DNA from: Mobula birostris
Lineage: Eukaryota
DNA length: 64,000 bases
Assembly (NCBI RefSeq): GCF_030028105.1
Contig: NC_092378.1
Location: 40,217,967 to 40,281,966, forward strand
Direction: 5' to 3'
Positions 36,620 through 49,200 of this stretch are shown here, piece after piece. Every line of letters begins with the position of its first letter. Position 1 is the first letter of the stretch. The notes beneath the pieces were generated by a model. That model ran no database searches. It saw nothing but the letters and a program-made list of their open reading frames with translations, and had not been told where the DNA came from. The position numbers and the translations under genes are program-made.

Positions 36620-37402
36620 GAATGAATAAAGGCGAGGACTATTTTCGAAACGGGCAGAAAATTCAAAAAAATCAGAGGTGCAGAGGGACTTGGGAGTGTT
36701 CATGGGATTCCCTACAGCTTAACTTGTAGGTTGAGTCAGTGGTAAGGAAGGCAAAGGCAATGTTAGCATTGATCTTGAGAGGACTAGAATATAAGAGCAA
36801 GAATGGCATGCTGAGTCTTTATAATGCATTGGTCAGACTGCACTTGGAGTATTGTAAGAGCAGTTTTGAGCCCCTTTCTAAGAAAAGATGTGCTGCCATT
36901 GGAGAGGGTTCAGAGGAGCTTCACGAGAATGATGTCCAGAATGAGGAGTTAACCCATGAGCAGAATTTGATATCTCTAGGCCTAAACTCGCTGGAGCTTA
37001 GAAGAATGGGGGGTGGGGGGGGGCGGGAATCTTATTACAACCTATTAACCAATGGACTCTTGAAAGGTCTATATAAAGTAGATGTGGAGAGAGGATGTTT
37101 TGAATAGTAGGAGCATCTGGGACCAGAGGACACAGAACTGAGGGACATTCAGCTAGAACTAAGAAGATGAAGTTTTTCTTTAGCAGAATATGGTGAATCT
37201 GTGGAATTCACTGCCACAGATGGCTGTGAAGGCCTCACCATTGGGTATACTTAAGGTTGAGATTGATAGATTCTTGATTAATAAGGGCATCAGAAGTTAT
37301 GGGGAGAAGGCAGGAAAATGGGATTGAGAGGGACAATAACTCAACCAGAATGGCAGAGCAGACTTATGGTCTAATTCTGCTCCTATGTCTTATGGTCTTA
37401 TG
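36620..37402 (+). mobile_element. CR1 3' fragment
   Basis: KAKAMLALILRGLEYKS..LYNALVRLHLEYC; ttatggtcttat tail. Confidence 0.85.
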
Positions 37403-37994
37403 ATGGAGAATTAAAATGACAAGCACCTTGAAACTCAAGGTCACCCATACAAACTAAACAGGGTTGTCTGCAAAACAGTCACCTGATTGACTATTGCAGA
37501 GAATGACCACATCATGCATATGAAGGCAGTACATTAACTTGGAAGTTTGACAATTAAATGACTGCTCAACTCAGAAGTAATGTTTAAGATGCTGGAAGAT
37601 GAAGCAAAACGATAAAAAGGCAAGTATCACATTTCCAGCAGTTGTATGTGAAGGTGCCTTAAGAAAAGGTGTTAGTGAAAATAGTTGAGTGGACTAGAGG
37701 TTTGAGGAGAGAATGATACTTTCAAACTACTTGAAGGAGGAGATAAACAGAACAATTTTTAAAAATATATTTTTAGAGATATAGCATGGTAACAGGAAAT
37801 CCAGAGCACCAGGAAGAAACCTACTTGATCACAGGGAGAACATATAAACTCCTTACAGACAATGCTGAGAATAGGTCCAATGCTGGGAATAGGTCCAGTG
37901 GTGCATTGCTTGCCAGGCAAACTGACTTAATAAGAACAGCAATGCTTGTTGGGGTCTCCAGTCTACAGCATTGAAGGTTCTTGTGAGTCTGCTT

Positions 37995-38535
37995 TCCCAG
38001 TCTCTTCTGCCTTAGATTGAAGGTACAACAGTATGGCATAGGGACAGGCCCTTCAGCCCACAATGTCTGTACTAACAATGGCACCTGCCCAAACTAATCC
38101 CATCTGCTTGTGTATAGTCCATGGACCTGCCTAAATGCCTCTTAAAGACAGCTACTGTATCTGCTTCCACACTTCTGCTGGCAGTGCTTTCCAGAGGCTT
38201 ACTCCTCATGTAAAAAAAATTGCTCTGTAAATCCCCTGTAAACTTTTCCCCTCCCACCTAAAACTATGATTTCTTGTATTTGACATTTCCATCCCTGGAA
38301 AAAGACTCTGTGACTATCCACCTAATCTATGTCTATCACTTCATTTTCTTCTTTTAGTGAGACAACAATCCAGGTTTGAATGCTGCCCGAAAACAAACAA
38401 TCCAAGTTTGTCCAGCATCACCTTTAAAACAAATACTCACTAATCCAGGCAACATCCTGGTAAACAAACCTCTTCTGCACCCTTTCCAAAAGCTCCACAT
38501 CCTTCCTGTAACCAGAAACGCACACAATACTCCAA
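37995..38535 (-). mobile_element. Old CR1 3' fragment
   Basis: Minus-strand ..SVEADTVAVFKRHLGR.. and a CR1-type 3' UTR (ggcccttcagcccacaatg on plus). Confidence 0.7.
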
Positions 38536-38974
38536 ATTCCTAACTGGACATTGAATCTTTGGACACTACCTCACTTTTAAAAAAATATACAGTATTTTTG
38601 TTTTTGCACGTTTTTTAATCTAATCAATATAAGTAATTGATTTACTTATTTATTATTATTTTTTTCTCTGCTATATTATGTATTGCATTGAACTGCTGCT
38701 GCTAAGTTAACAAATTTCACGTCACATGCCGGTGATAATTCTGATTCTGATGTGGCCTAATCAAAATTTTAAACATCTGCAGCTTGACGCCCGACTTTTA
38801 TACTCAACATCTCGACTAAAAAGAATAATGTGCCAAACCCCGTTTTAATCACTTTTGGCTCCCTCTGTCCAGCAAACAAACCCCGAGGCAGCACAATCAA
38901 ATACTCAAGTGTGCAGAGGGATGTCATCACCCCCTTCTTCATCACGTTGTTTACTGCCGTCCTCCAACTCCTAC

Positions 38975-39150
38975 CTGGACTGCTCCAAGTCCCAGACCCA
39001 ATCTGCCGAAAACCTTCCAGAAAGTTGTTATTAGTGATACCATAGCAACTGTCGCATCCAAGAAATGGGCATGCGCTGTGCCGACATTATGGTGTTAGGC
39101 ATGCGCACATCGGTAGTATCGGAAGCAGAGACTAGGCATGCGCAGTGCTA
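38975..39150 (-). promoter_or_regulatory. Putative IQUB promoter and non-coding first exon
   Basis: Local CpG enrichment. RFX X-box-like GATACCATAGCAAC at 39036-39049. Three NRF1-like GCATGCGC at ~39069, 39099 and 39136. ETS-like CGGAAG at 39120. Minus-strand donor CAG|gtagga at 38975/38974. Confidence 0.65.
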
Positions 39151-40344
39151 ATATTTTCGTTGAATCTTTATGAAATGCTGTCCATTTTTGCAGTCTCAGA
39201 AGTTACAAACGTTTGAGCCCATTCTACTGAGAAAACTTCAGTTTAAATTTTCAGAGAATATCCAGCTGATAGGATGAATAAACCTGTTTTTGTTTGGGCT
39301 TTCACACTTGTTGCTGGCTTTGCAACGGCCGTGCTAACGGAAGGTCCGGGATGTGAAATTTTAATTGTTTCTCTGCACGAAAGGTGCCTGACCCTCTGAG
39401 TACTTCCAGCATTTCTGTTTCCACTTTGGAAGAGTTGTCCGGTTTAGTGCTGCAGTCTACGACCTGTAACTTTGCTTCATCACATTCATATCCGTTTGCT
39501 TCTGGAAAGTACCTACGGAGTTGATCTCATCACCTCACCTGGTTTAAAAGTAAACTTACCCTTTAATTCCTTTAATGATTGTTTTAAAATTATTTGTTAT
39601 TAGCGATCTCTAACCAAAGGAAATCTTTTCTCCACTTCATTAAAATCTCTCAATTATATATGTAGAGGAATTTGCGAATTAAAACATAGATAGCAAGAGA
39701 TAACCAATTAATTTTTAATTAATTAACCAATCTTAATTCCATTTAATTTGTACATCCCTTGCTTTCTGCAGTACCCAGAAATTTATCAAACTTTAAAAAG
39801 GAAGACTAAGCCACCACTGCCCTACTTAAAAGATTCTGTGAAGAGGAAGAACTTTTCCTCACGTCAGTCCTGAATGGTCTACCTGTAATTTTAAAAATGA
39901 GAGCGCTAAGGAAACATAGCCCAACCTTTTTTTTTGAAGTCTGGTGCCCTGGGTATTTGGGAGATGTAACCAATTTACATACCACAGCTCTTATAAGGAG
40001 CCTGCCAGTGGACATTGACTGAAGAAAATTTCCATCCCACCCCTTTCCTCCATTCATTCTGGTCCCAATTTCCCCATCTGACTGGAGTTCAATTGTAACA
40101 GCCCAATAGGCCAAACCATGTCAACTCTGGATCTTACTTACTGTATTTCTCTTCAATACTTTCACTTAATGTGAGCTATGTGGAATCTTGAATTATTTGT
40201 ATTAAATGATTATAGACACATAAAAACAGTACTTCACCAACAAAGGCATTATGAGTGGTAGGACACAGGTTCATGCTAAACGTGAAGATGTAGTGAACTA
40301 TACAGAGATTTCAAAGAGATATAAACTGGTAGAATGAACAGACC

Positions 40345-41280
40345 GAGATGCTTATATTCCGTCCGGGTAGCCTCCAACCTAATGGCATGAACATTGACTT
40401 CTCAGACTTCCGCTAACGCCCATCTGCTACTGTCGTTACTGTGTGGTCGGGAATCTTTCGGAGGGTAGGCCTCAAAATCCCCGGCCTTGCCTGCTTTTGG
40501 CGACTGAGAAGGAGGTCGAATCATTCGGACAGAGATGGTGCTCAGTACTCGGTGCCAGACAGCTGATCAGAGCTTGAAGTTTTCCGATGACTCAAGAGTC
40601 AGATTGTGGTCGGCATGGCAGGGAGAGTTTTTCTTCCTTCTCCCATCTGTGTGAGATGTGGGACATTTGAGAATCTTTGAACTTTACTGTGCTCATGGAC
40701 TTCTTCAAGTTATGGTATTGTTGCACTGTTGTAACTATATGTTATAATTATGTGGTTTTGTCAGTTTTTTCAGTCTTGGTCTGTCCTGTGTTTTGTGATA
40801 TCACACCAGAGGAAATAATGTATCATTTCTTAATGCATTACTAAATGACAATAAAAGAGGACTACATGTCTTCATAATATAATGCCACACCTCCCCCTCG
40901 TACCCCATCCGTTATTTATTCATATACACACATTCTTTTTCTCTCTCTCCTTTTTCTCCCTCTGTCCCTCTCACTATACCCCTTGCCCATTCTCTGGGTT
41001 TCCCCCCTCCCCCTTTTCTTTCTCCCTAGGCCTCCTGTCCCATGATCCTCTCATCCTCCTTTTGCCAATCACCTGTCCAGCTCTTGGCTCCATCCCTCCC
41101 CCTCCCGTCTTCTCCTATCATTTTGGATTGCCCTCTCCCCCTCCCCCTTTCAAATCTCTTACTAGGTCTTTCAGTTAGTTCTGACGAAAGGGTCTCAGCC
41201 CGAAATGTCGACCGTACCTCTTCATAGAGCTGCTGCCTGGCCTGCTGCGTTCACCAGCAACTTTTGTCTGTGTTGCCTGA
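40345..41280 (+). mobile_element. Penelope-derived repeat with nested SINE-like element (~40420-40880)
   Basis: Flanks are colinear with the inverted copy at 50856-51378. Junction duplication taacgcc/taatgcc. Confidence 0.7.
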
Positions 41281-41814
41281 AAAATATGACTTTTTTTGTA
41301 GGATGAATGAAAAGAGACAATATAAACTGGAAAGCATAATTTGAAAAGTAACACAAGAGCAGAGTTCCGTGAGGATACATCTGAATACATTGTTGGAGGC
41401 GTTGGTACAGACTGAAAAGTCATCAAAATATTAAAAGGTTTTGTATCTTATAAATAAAGGGAGGGAATACAAATGTTCATGTTGAAATTCTGTGCAAACA
41501 ATTGGAGTGTTCTGGTCAATATACTTAAGGAATGGGAAAAGGTTTTGAAAAGTATACAGATGAGTTTTAACAAAATGATTCCAGGCATGAGGGACTTCAG
41601 CTATGCAAATGTACTGGAGTTGTTCTCCTTGATAAGAGGTGATCAGATACAGATTTTAAAATTATGAAGGATACTAAATACCAATGATTTCTCTTGGATA
41701 GAGAAGACTGTGTTTTATATAGCACCACATTTTTTGGGATATTCAGTGTTTTAATCAATGATGCATCTTGTGCCAATACATATGAATACAAATCTACATA
41801 TTAAGATCCATGTA

Positions 41815-42506
41815 GAGTGAATTCCAGTTAATTGGGCCATCAGTTAATCAGGTCAGCCACTTATTTGGGACACTAAGCCACTTAATTATCAGTTTCTAAC
41901 TAGCATCAGTTGTGCGCACTTCTGTGGCCATTGGACACTACACCATGCTTAGAGTGAACACTTTTTAAACAGTGTCAGTGGCATGTGTTTCTGTTCAAGT
42001 AGTTACTTTTGTCACTGATAGTTGGGGAGAAGTAAGCAGTAGACAATTCAGAACCATTTTACTCACTGCAGTTTCAAGCATTCAGGATTGGAGATGGCAG
42101 AAATGGCCAGAAGTTAGCAACTACAAAAAATTTGAAGGTATCAACAATCATCTTGAATGTTACACGAAAATGAAGATTTGGAGGATGCAATTGTCGAAAG
42201 CACTGTTTGAAGGCAGTCCACTGTCTGCATGAGGTATCTGCACTGATTTTGTTTACTTACAGTCAATCAACGCAGCAGCATACACTGGATGAATTTCTCC
42301 ATCACTAAATATTAGGAACAGTTTTATAATACTGTAGTAGTATTGGTAGGGTTCTAATTTGTTCTATATTTCATTTAAATACATAACTTATTACTTAGTT
42401 AAATGGTAGTTTGTTATTTTCATGAAACTTAAGCTAACTGGGGCAGCCACTTAATTGGGTCAAAAGGTATTCATCCCAATGTGTCCCAATTAATTGGAAT
42501 CCACTG
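41815..42506. mobile_element. Tigger/pogo-like (Tc1/mariner) MITE
   Basis: TIRs gagtgaattccagttaattggg and cccaattaattggaatccactg. Inverted sister copy at 62839-63686. Confidence 0.8.
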
Positions 42507-43191
42507 TTTATTTAGATTGTACTACAGCAATGGAAGTGAATTTTTTACTTCACAATTAATGTACACATCATCTGCTTTATAGGTGTATATTAGGGAATCA
42601 CCCAAATTTAAAGTGTCATGAGATTATGTACAATTTCTAAATTTTCCACCACAAAGACTTTTGGATTATGTTTTCTCCCCCTGCTTGTACCTGCAACCTT
42701 TAGCTAGAATTTAAAATAAGATACATGCAAAATCTATCTACATCCTTCCTATTCACAAAACCAAAAATGTACTGCTGATGCCCAATTTCTGTCACTCTTT
42801 TCCAGGAGGCAATTAATAATACTTGGCAAGGCACCATATGGTAGGATTAAGTCTATCTGCAATGGTTAATGATAGTAACTGACGGGGCAGTAACTCATAG
42901 AACAATGATTACCTGGACAAAACAAAAGGGAACTATTTGTATTCATTACTGAACAAGAGACCAATAGCATTAAGGGAGGGCACAGCGTAAAATAAAATGT
43001 TGGAGTCACATTAAACAACTGGTTCACAATAAAAGGTTATTGTCATGCAAGTAGCACTAAAAATTGTATAATCAATTATAATCACAGCAACATTTAAAAC
43101 AATGTCGATGTTTGTAGGGAACTATTTTAATGACATTTATACAGCACAAAATTAACTAGTATAGTTTACAGAACAAAAAAAAATACAGAGT

Positions 43192-43293
43192 TTAAATTGG
43201 CCATTTCCATTGGTTGTGAGGGGCTTCTTCTATTAATGGCTCCCAAGGTTTCCACTTGGCCATTTTCTTTGCAAGAGAAAGTTCACTCTCAGC
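43192..43293 (-). CDS. NDUFA5: NDUFA5 exon 5 (to TAA)
   Basis: [33 protein letters not shown]. Possible ATTAAA polyA signal at 43126-43131 on the minus strand. Confidence 0.97.
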   Translation of the reverse strand, partial: AESELSLAKKMAKWKPWEPLIEEAPHNQWKWPI

Positions 43294-46200
43294 CTACAAT
43301 TCAAACATAACAATAAGTACACAAAGGCATTTACATACTGCAAAAGCACCATCAACTCTAATCAAAATTAAGAGTCTGTCAGCAAAGGTATTAAGAACCC
43401 TGACTGAAGTATTTGATACTGCTCTCTGAAATACTTTCCATTAACATTTTAGCCATTGTAGAGGTTCAGTTCAAAACTGCCTTAAGAATGGTCCCAAACT
43501 CTTTTCTGTACTACATTGACGACAGAATTTGTACTGCTTCATGCACCCATGCTGAGCTCGCCAATTTTATCAATTTTGCATCCAACTTCCATCCTGCCCT
43601 TACACTCACTTGGTCCATTTCTGTTGTCACACCTCTCTCTCCTTTCTCAATCTTTGTATCCATATCTGGAGACAAATTGTCGTCAGTTGTCTTTTATAAA
43701 CCTACCGATTCCCACCCAGGCTCCTGTAAAAATGCCCTTCTCTTCTCAGTTCCTTCACCTCTGCTGCATCTGTTCCCAAGATGAGGCATCCTTTGCAGGA
43801 ATTCAGAGATGTCCTCCTTCTTCAAAGAACAGGATTCCCTTCCTCCACCACTAACATCTGCGCTCACCCCATCTTCCCATCGCCTTTACAGGGATAGAGT
43901 TCCTCTTGTCCTCACCTACCACCCCATGAGCCTCCGCATCCAACACACATTCTCTGCAACTTCCATCATCTTCAACAGGAACCTACCAACAAACATATTT
44001 TTACCTCCCCCCTCCCATTCTCTGCTTTCCGCAAGGAGAGGTCCCTCCATGATTCCTTTGTCTGTTCATCCCTCCAAACTAATCTCTCTCCTGACACTTA
44101 TGCCTGCAAGCAGCTGAAGTGCTACACTGGCCTGCTCACCTCCTCCCTCACCTCCATTTGGACCCCAAACAGTCCTTACGGATGAGGCAACACTTCACGT
44201 GTGAATCTGTTGAGGCCTTCTACTGTTTCTGATGTGGCCTCCTCTACATTGGTGAGACCTGAAGTAGATTGGGGGACAGCTATTTTGTTTTCCCCCGGGC
44301 ACCTCTGCTCCATCTGCAGAAAGCAGAATATCCCGGTGGCCAACATTATAATTCCTATACACATTCCCATTCTGACAAGTGGGCCCATGGCCTCCACTTC
44401 CGCCACAATGAGGCAAGTTGGAGGAGCAACATCTCACATTCCATATAGGTTGCCTCAACCCAATGGCATGAACATTTATTTCTCCAAACTTTTTTTTTGC
44501 CCTCCCCCTTCCCATTCCCCACCCTGGCCTATTACTATTTCTCCTCACCTGTCTATGACTTCCTCCAGTGCCCCTCCTCCTTCCCTTTCTCCCATTGTCC
44601 ACTCTCCTTCTCTTATCAGATTCCCTCTTCTCCAACCCTTTACCTTTTCTGCCTATCCCCTCCAAATTCTTACTTCACCCCCCCGCCACCCACTTGGCTT
44701 CACTTAGCACCTTCTATCTTGTCCTCCTTCCCTTCCCCCCCCCCTTCTTATTCTGGCACCTTTCCCCTTTCTTTCCTTCCTCACTGTCTCCTACACCCCC
44801 AATCTTTGTATCATCAGCAAACTTGCTGATCCAATTTACCACATTATCATCCAGATCATTGATATAGATGACAAATAACAATGGACCCAGCACTGATCCC
44901 TGTGGCACACCACTAGTCACAGGCCACCACTCAGAGTAGCAATTCTCTACCACCACTCTCTGGCTTCTTCCATCGAGCCAATGTCTAATCCAATTTACCA
45001 CCTCTCCATGTATACCTAGCGACTGAATTTTCCTAACTAACCTCCCATGCGGGACCTTGTCAAAGGCCTTACTGAAGTCCATGTAGACAATATCCACTGC
45101 CTTCCCTTCATCCACTTTCCTGGTAACCTCCTCGAAAAACTCCAATAGATTGGTCAAACATGACCTACCACGCACAAAGCCATGTTGACTCTCCAACTAT
45201 CTAAATGCTTGTAGATTCTGTCTCTTAGTACTCCCTCCAATAACTTACATACTACCGACGTTAAACTTACTGGCCTATAATTTCCCGGATTACTTTTCGA
45301 TCCTTTTTTAAACAACGGAACAACATGAGCCACTCTCCAATCCTCCGGCACCTCAACTGTAGACAGCGACATTTTAAATATTTCAGCCAGGGGCCCTGCA
45401 ATTTCAACACTAGTCTCCTTCAAGGTCCAAGGGAACACCCTGTCAGGTCCCGGGGATTTATCCACTTTAATTTTCCTCAAGACAGCAAGGACCTCCTCCT
45501 TTTCGATCTGTACAGTTTCCATGATCTCACTACTTGTTTCCCTTAATTCCATAGACTTCATGCCAGTTTCCTTAGTAAACACAGACGCAAAAAACCTATT
45601 TAAGATCTCCCTCATTTCCTTTGGTTCCGCACATAGCCGACCACTCTGATCTCAAGAGGACCAATTTTATCCCTTACAATCCTTTTGCTCTTAATATACC
45701 TGTAAAAGCTCTTTGGATTATCCTTCACTTTGACTGCCAAGGCAACCTCATGTCTTCTTTTAGCCCTCCTGATTTCTTTCTTAAGTATTTTCTTGCACTT
45801 CTTCTACTCCTCAAGCACCTTATTTACTCCCTGCTTCCTATACACGTCATACAACTCCCTCTTCTTCTTTATCAGAGTTGCAATATCCCTTGAGAACCAA
45901 GGTTCCTTATTCCTATTCACCTTGCCTTTAATCCTGACAGGAATATACAAATTCTGCACTCTCAAAATTTCTGCTTTGAAGGCTACCNNNNNNNNNNNNN
46001 NNNNNNNNNNNNNNNNNNNNNNNNNNNNNNNNNNNNNNNNNNNNNNNNNNNNNNNNNNNNNNNNNNNNNNNNNNNNNNNNNNNNNNNNNNNNNNNNNNNN
46101 NNNNNNNNNNNNNNNNNNNNNNNNNNNNNNNNNNNNNNNNNNNNNNNNNNNNNNNNNNNNNNNNNNNNNNNNNNNNNNNNNNNNNNNNNNNNNNNNNNNN

Positions 46201-49200
46201 NNNNNNNNNNNNNNNNNNNNNNNNNNNNNNNNNNNNNNNNNNNNNNNNNNNNNNNNNNNNNNNNNNNNNNNNNNNNNNNNNNNNNNNNNNNNNNNNNNNN
46301 NNNNNNNNTGTAAATGACATATTTTACAGAAATCCAAACTGAAAACTCCCCAACTTTTATGACTCTTCTCCATTGCTATTTCAAAAGTTACAATTCATGT
46401 TGCAGAACAATTCCTAAGTCATCCAATTAAATGGCTGTTAAAAGCGATGATAGAATAACTATTCTAAAGTGGGATCCACCTTGTAAAGCTCAACCTATTT
46501 ATGTTCAAAGTTTACAAATATGTTTTTGCCAGCAAGTGATACTAAACTGTGATGGGGCTTGGAATTTCTGGCAACCAACCCCTAACCCAAAATAATCACC
46601 AGTGATGACACCCAAGCCTAGTTCAGCTGGATGACAGCCAACAAGGAATTATGCTCAAACATCAGGTTGTGCCTTGAATTGTACAGTGGTGATAGAAATT
46701 TTCTGAACCCTTTATAATTTTCTCTAGTTCTGTATAAATATGACCTGAAATGTGATCAGATTTTCACGCGTCCCAAAACTAGATAAAGAAAACCCAATTA
46801 AATAATAACAAAAAAACATTATACTTGTTCATTTGTTTATTGAGAAAAAATGATCCAATATTACATGTATTTTTTGGAAAAAGTATGTAAACCTTGAGGA
46901 TTGCCAGTTCATTTAAAAGGGAAATTGTAGAGTCAGGTATTTAAATTAAAGGGCTGACAATCACGTGTGAGTGTGGGAGGCCCTGCCCTATTTAAAGAAC
47001 ATAAACCTGGGTCTTCACTATCAAAGTCTGATCTTCACCACACAGGTTTTTGGAAGTATGTCATGCCTTGATCAAAGGAGATTTCTGAGGACCTCAGAAA
47101 GAAAAGTTGTTGATGCTCACCAGGCTGGAAAAGGACATAAAACCACTTGGACTCCACCAGTCCACAGTCAGGCAGATGGTGTATAAATGGAGGAAATTCA
47201 ACAATGTTGTTACTCTCCCCAGGAGTGGTCAACCAACAAAAATCACTTCAAGGGCAAGGTGTCTAATACTCCAGGAGGTCACAAAGGACCCCAGGGTAAA
47301 CATCTAAGAGCTACAGGCTTCTCTTGCATTGGCTAATGTCAGTATTTATGAGTCAACCATCAGACAAACACCGAACAACAATGGTGTGCATGGCAGGATT
47401 GCAAGGAGGAAGCTGCTCCTCTCCAGGAATAACATTGCTGTCTGTCTAAAGTTTACTAAAGTCCACATGGATAAGCCAGAAGGCTATCGTTCTGTAGTTG
47501 GATGAATCCAAAATAGAACTTTTTGGCTTAAATGAGAAGCGTTATGCTTGGTTAAAAAAACAAATACTGCATTCCAGCATAAGAACCTCATCCCATCTGT
47601 GAAACATTGTGCTGGCAGTGTCATGGTTTGGGCATGCTTTGCTTCCCTCAGGACCAGGACAGGTTGCCATCATTGATGGAACTATGAATTCTGAATTGTA
47701 GCAGCAAATTCAACAGGAAAGTGCCCATTCGTGAACTGAAGCTCAACAGGAAGTAGGTCAGGCAGCAAGGCAACAACCCTAAACACACAATTTGGTTAAC
47801 GCAGAAGAAATTTCACATTTTGGAATGGCTGAGTCAAAGTCCTGACCATAATCCTATAAAAATGTTGTGGAAGAACCTGAAGCAAACAGTTCATGCAAGG
47901 AAGCCCACCAACATCCCAGAGTTGACGCAGTTTTGTAAACAGGAATGGCCTAAAATTCCTCCAAGTCAGTGTGCAAGACTGATTAACAGTTACTGGAAAC
48001 GTTTGGCTGAAGTTATTGCTGTACAAGGGGGTCAAACCAGTTACTGAAAGCAGAGGATCACATACTTTTTCTACCAAACACATGTAATATTGGATCTTTT
48101 TTTAAATAAATGAACAAGTATAATGCTTTTTGTGTCATTTATCTAAGTGTGTTCTCTATCTAGTTTTAGGACTTGAAGATAGGATCACATTTTTGGTCAT
48201 ATGTATGCAGAAATAAAGAAAATTCTACAGGTTTCACAAACTTTCTAGCGCCACTGTAGCGAACTGGATAGGTTGTCACTGCTTCTGAATGTGCATTTAT
48301 TAACCAAAAATTAACAATAATTTACAGACAGAAATAAGACTAAGAGACGCAAAAAAACATTGTACAAGTTTGTTAAATTAGACAATTAAGATATAGGAGC
48401 AGATTTATTTTTTTCTCTCAAACCCATCCTCCTGCCCTTTCTGTGTAATCTCTGATCCCCTTATTAATCAAGAACCTATCAATCTCTGCTTTAGATATAC
48501 CCAATGACTTAGCTTCCACAGCTGCCTACGGTAATGAATTCCAGATTAACCACCCCCAGCTAAAGATGTTCCTCTTCATCACTGTTCTAAAGGGACATTC
48601 TATTCTGAGGCTGTGCTGTCTGACCCTAGATTCTCCTACTATTCCAAACATCCTCTCCACATCCACTCTATGTCCGCTTTTCAATATTAGGCAAGTTTCG
48701 ATGAGATTCCCCTCTCATTCTTCCAAACCGCAGCAAGTACAGGCCCACAGCCATCAAATGCTCCTCATACATTAACCCTTTCATTCTTGAAATTATTCTA
48801 GTGAACCTCCTCTGGACTCTCCGCAATGCCAGCACATCTTTTCTTAGATATGGGACTCAAACTGCTCACACTACTCCGTATGGGGTCTGACCAATGCCTT
48901 ACGAAGCCTCAGCATTACATCCTTGCTTTTATATTCTATTCTGCTGGAAATTAATGTTAACATTGTATTTGCCTTCCTTACTACCAACTCAACCTGTAAA
49001 TTAGTCTTTAGGGAATCCTGCACTAGTATGCCAAGTCCCTTGGCACCCCCGATATCTGAATTTTCTCCCTGGTTAGAAAACTGTCTACGCCTTTATTCCT
49101 TCTACCAAAGTGCATGACTATACTTCACTGTATTCCATCTGTCATATCTTTACAATTCTGCTAATCTGTCTCAGTCCTTCAGCAGACCAACTGTGTCCAA

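Noticed and set aside
37860-37897. 18-bp tandem duplication aatgctg(a/g)gaataggtcc
   Set aside because: Two-copy slippage product with no sign of function. No CRISPR-like or other periodic array was seen anywhere in the window.
41972-42232. Similar peptides in ORFs at 41972 and 63104 as a small gene family
   Set aside because: Both lie inside copies of the same TIR-bounded MITE.
45730-46373. Long ORFs of 130-195 aa
   Set aside because: Artefacts of reading through the N gap.
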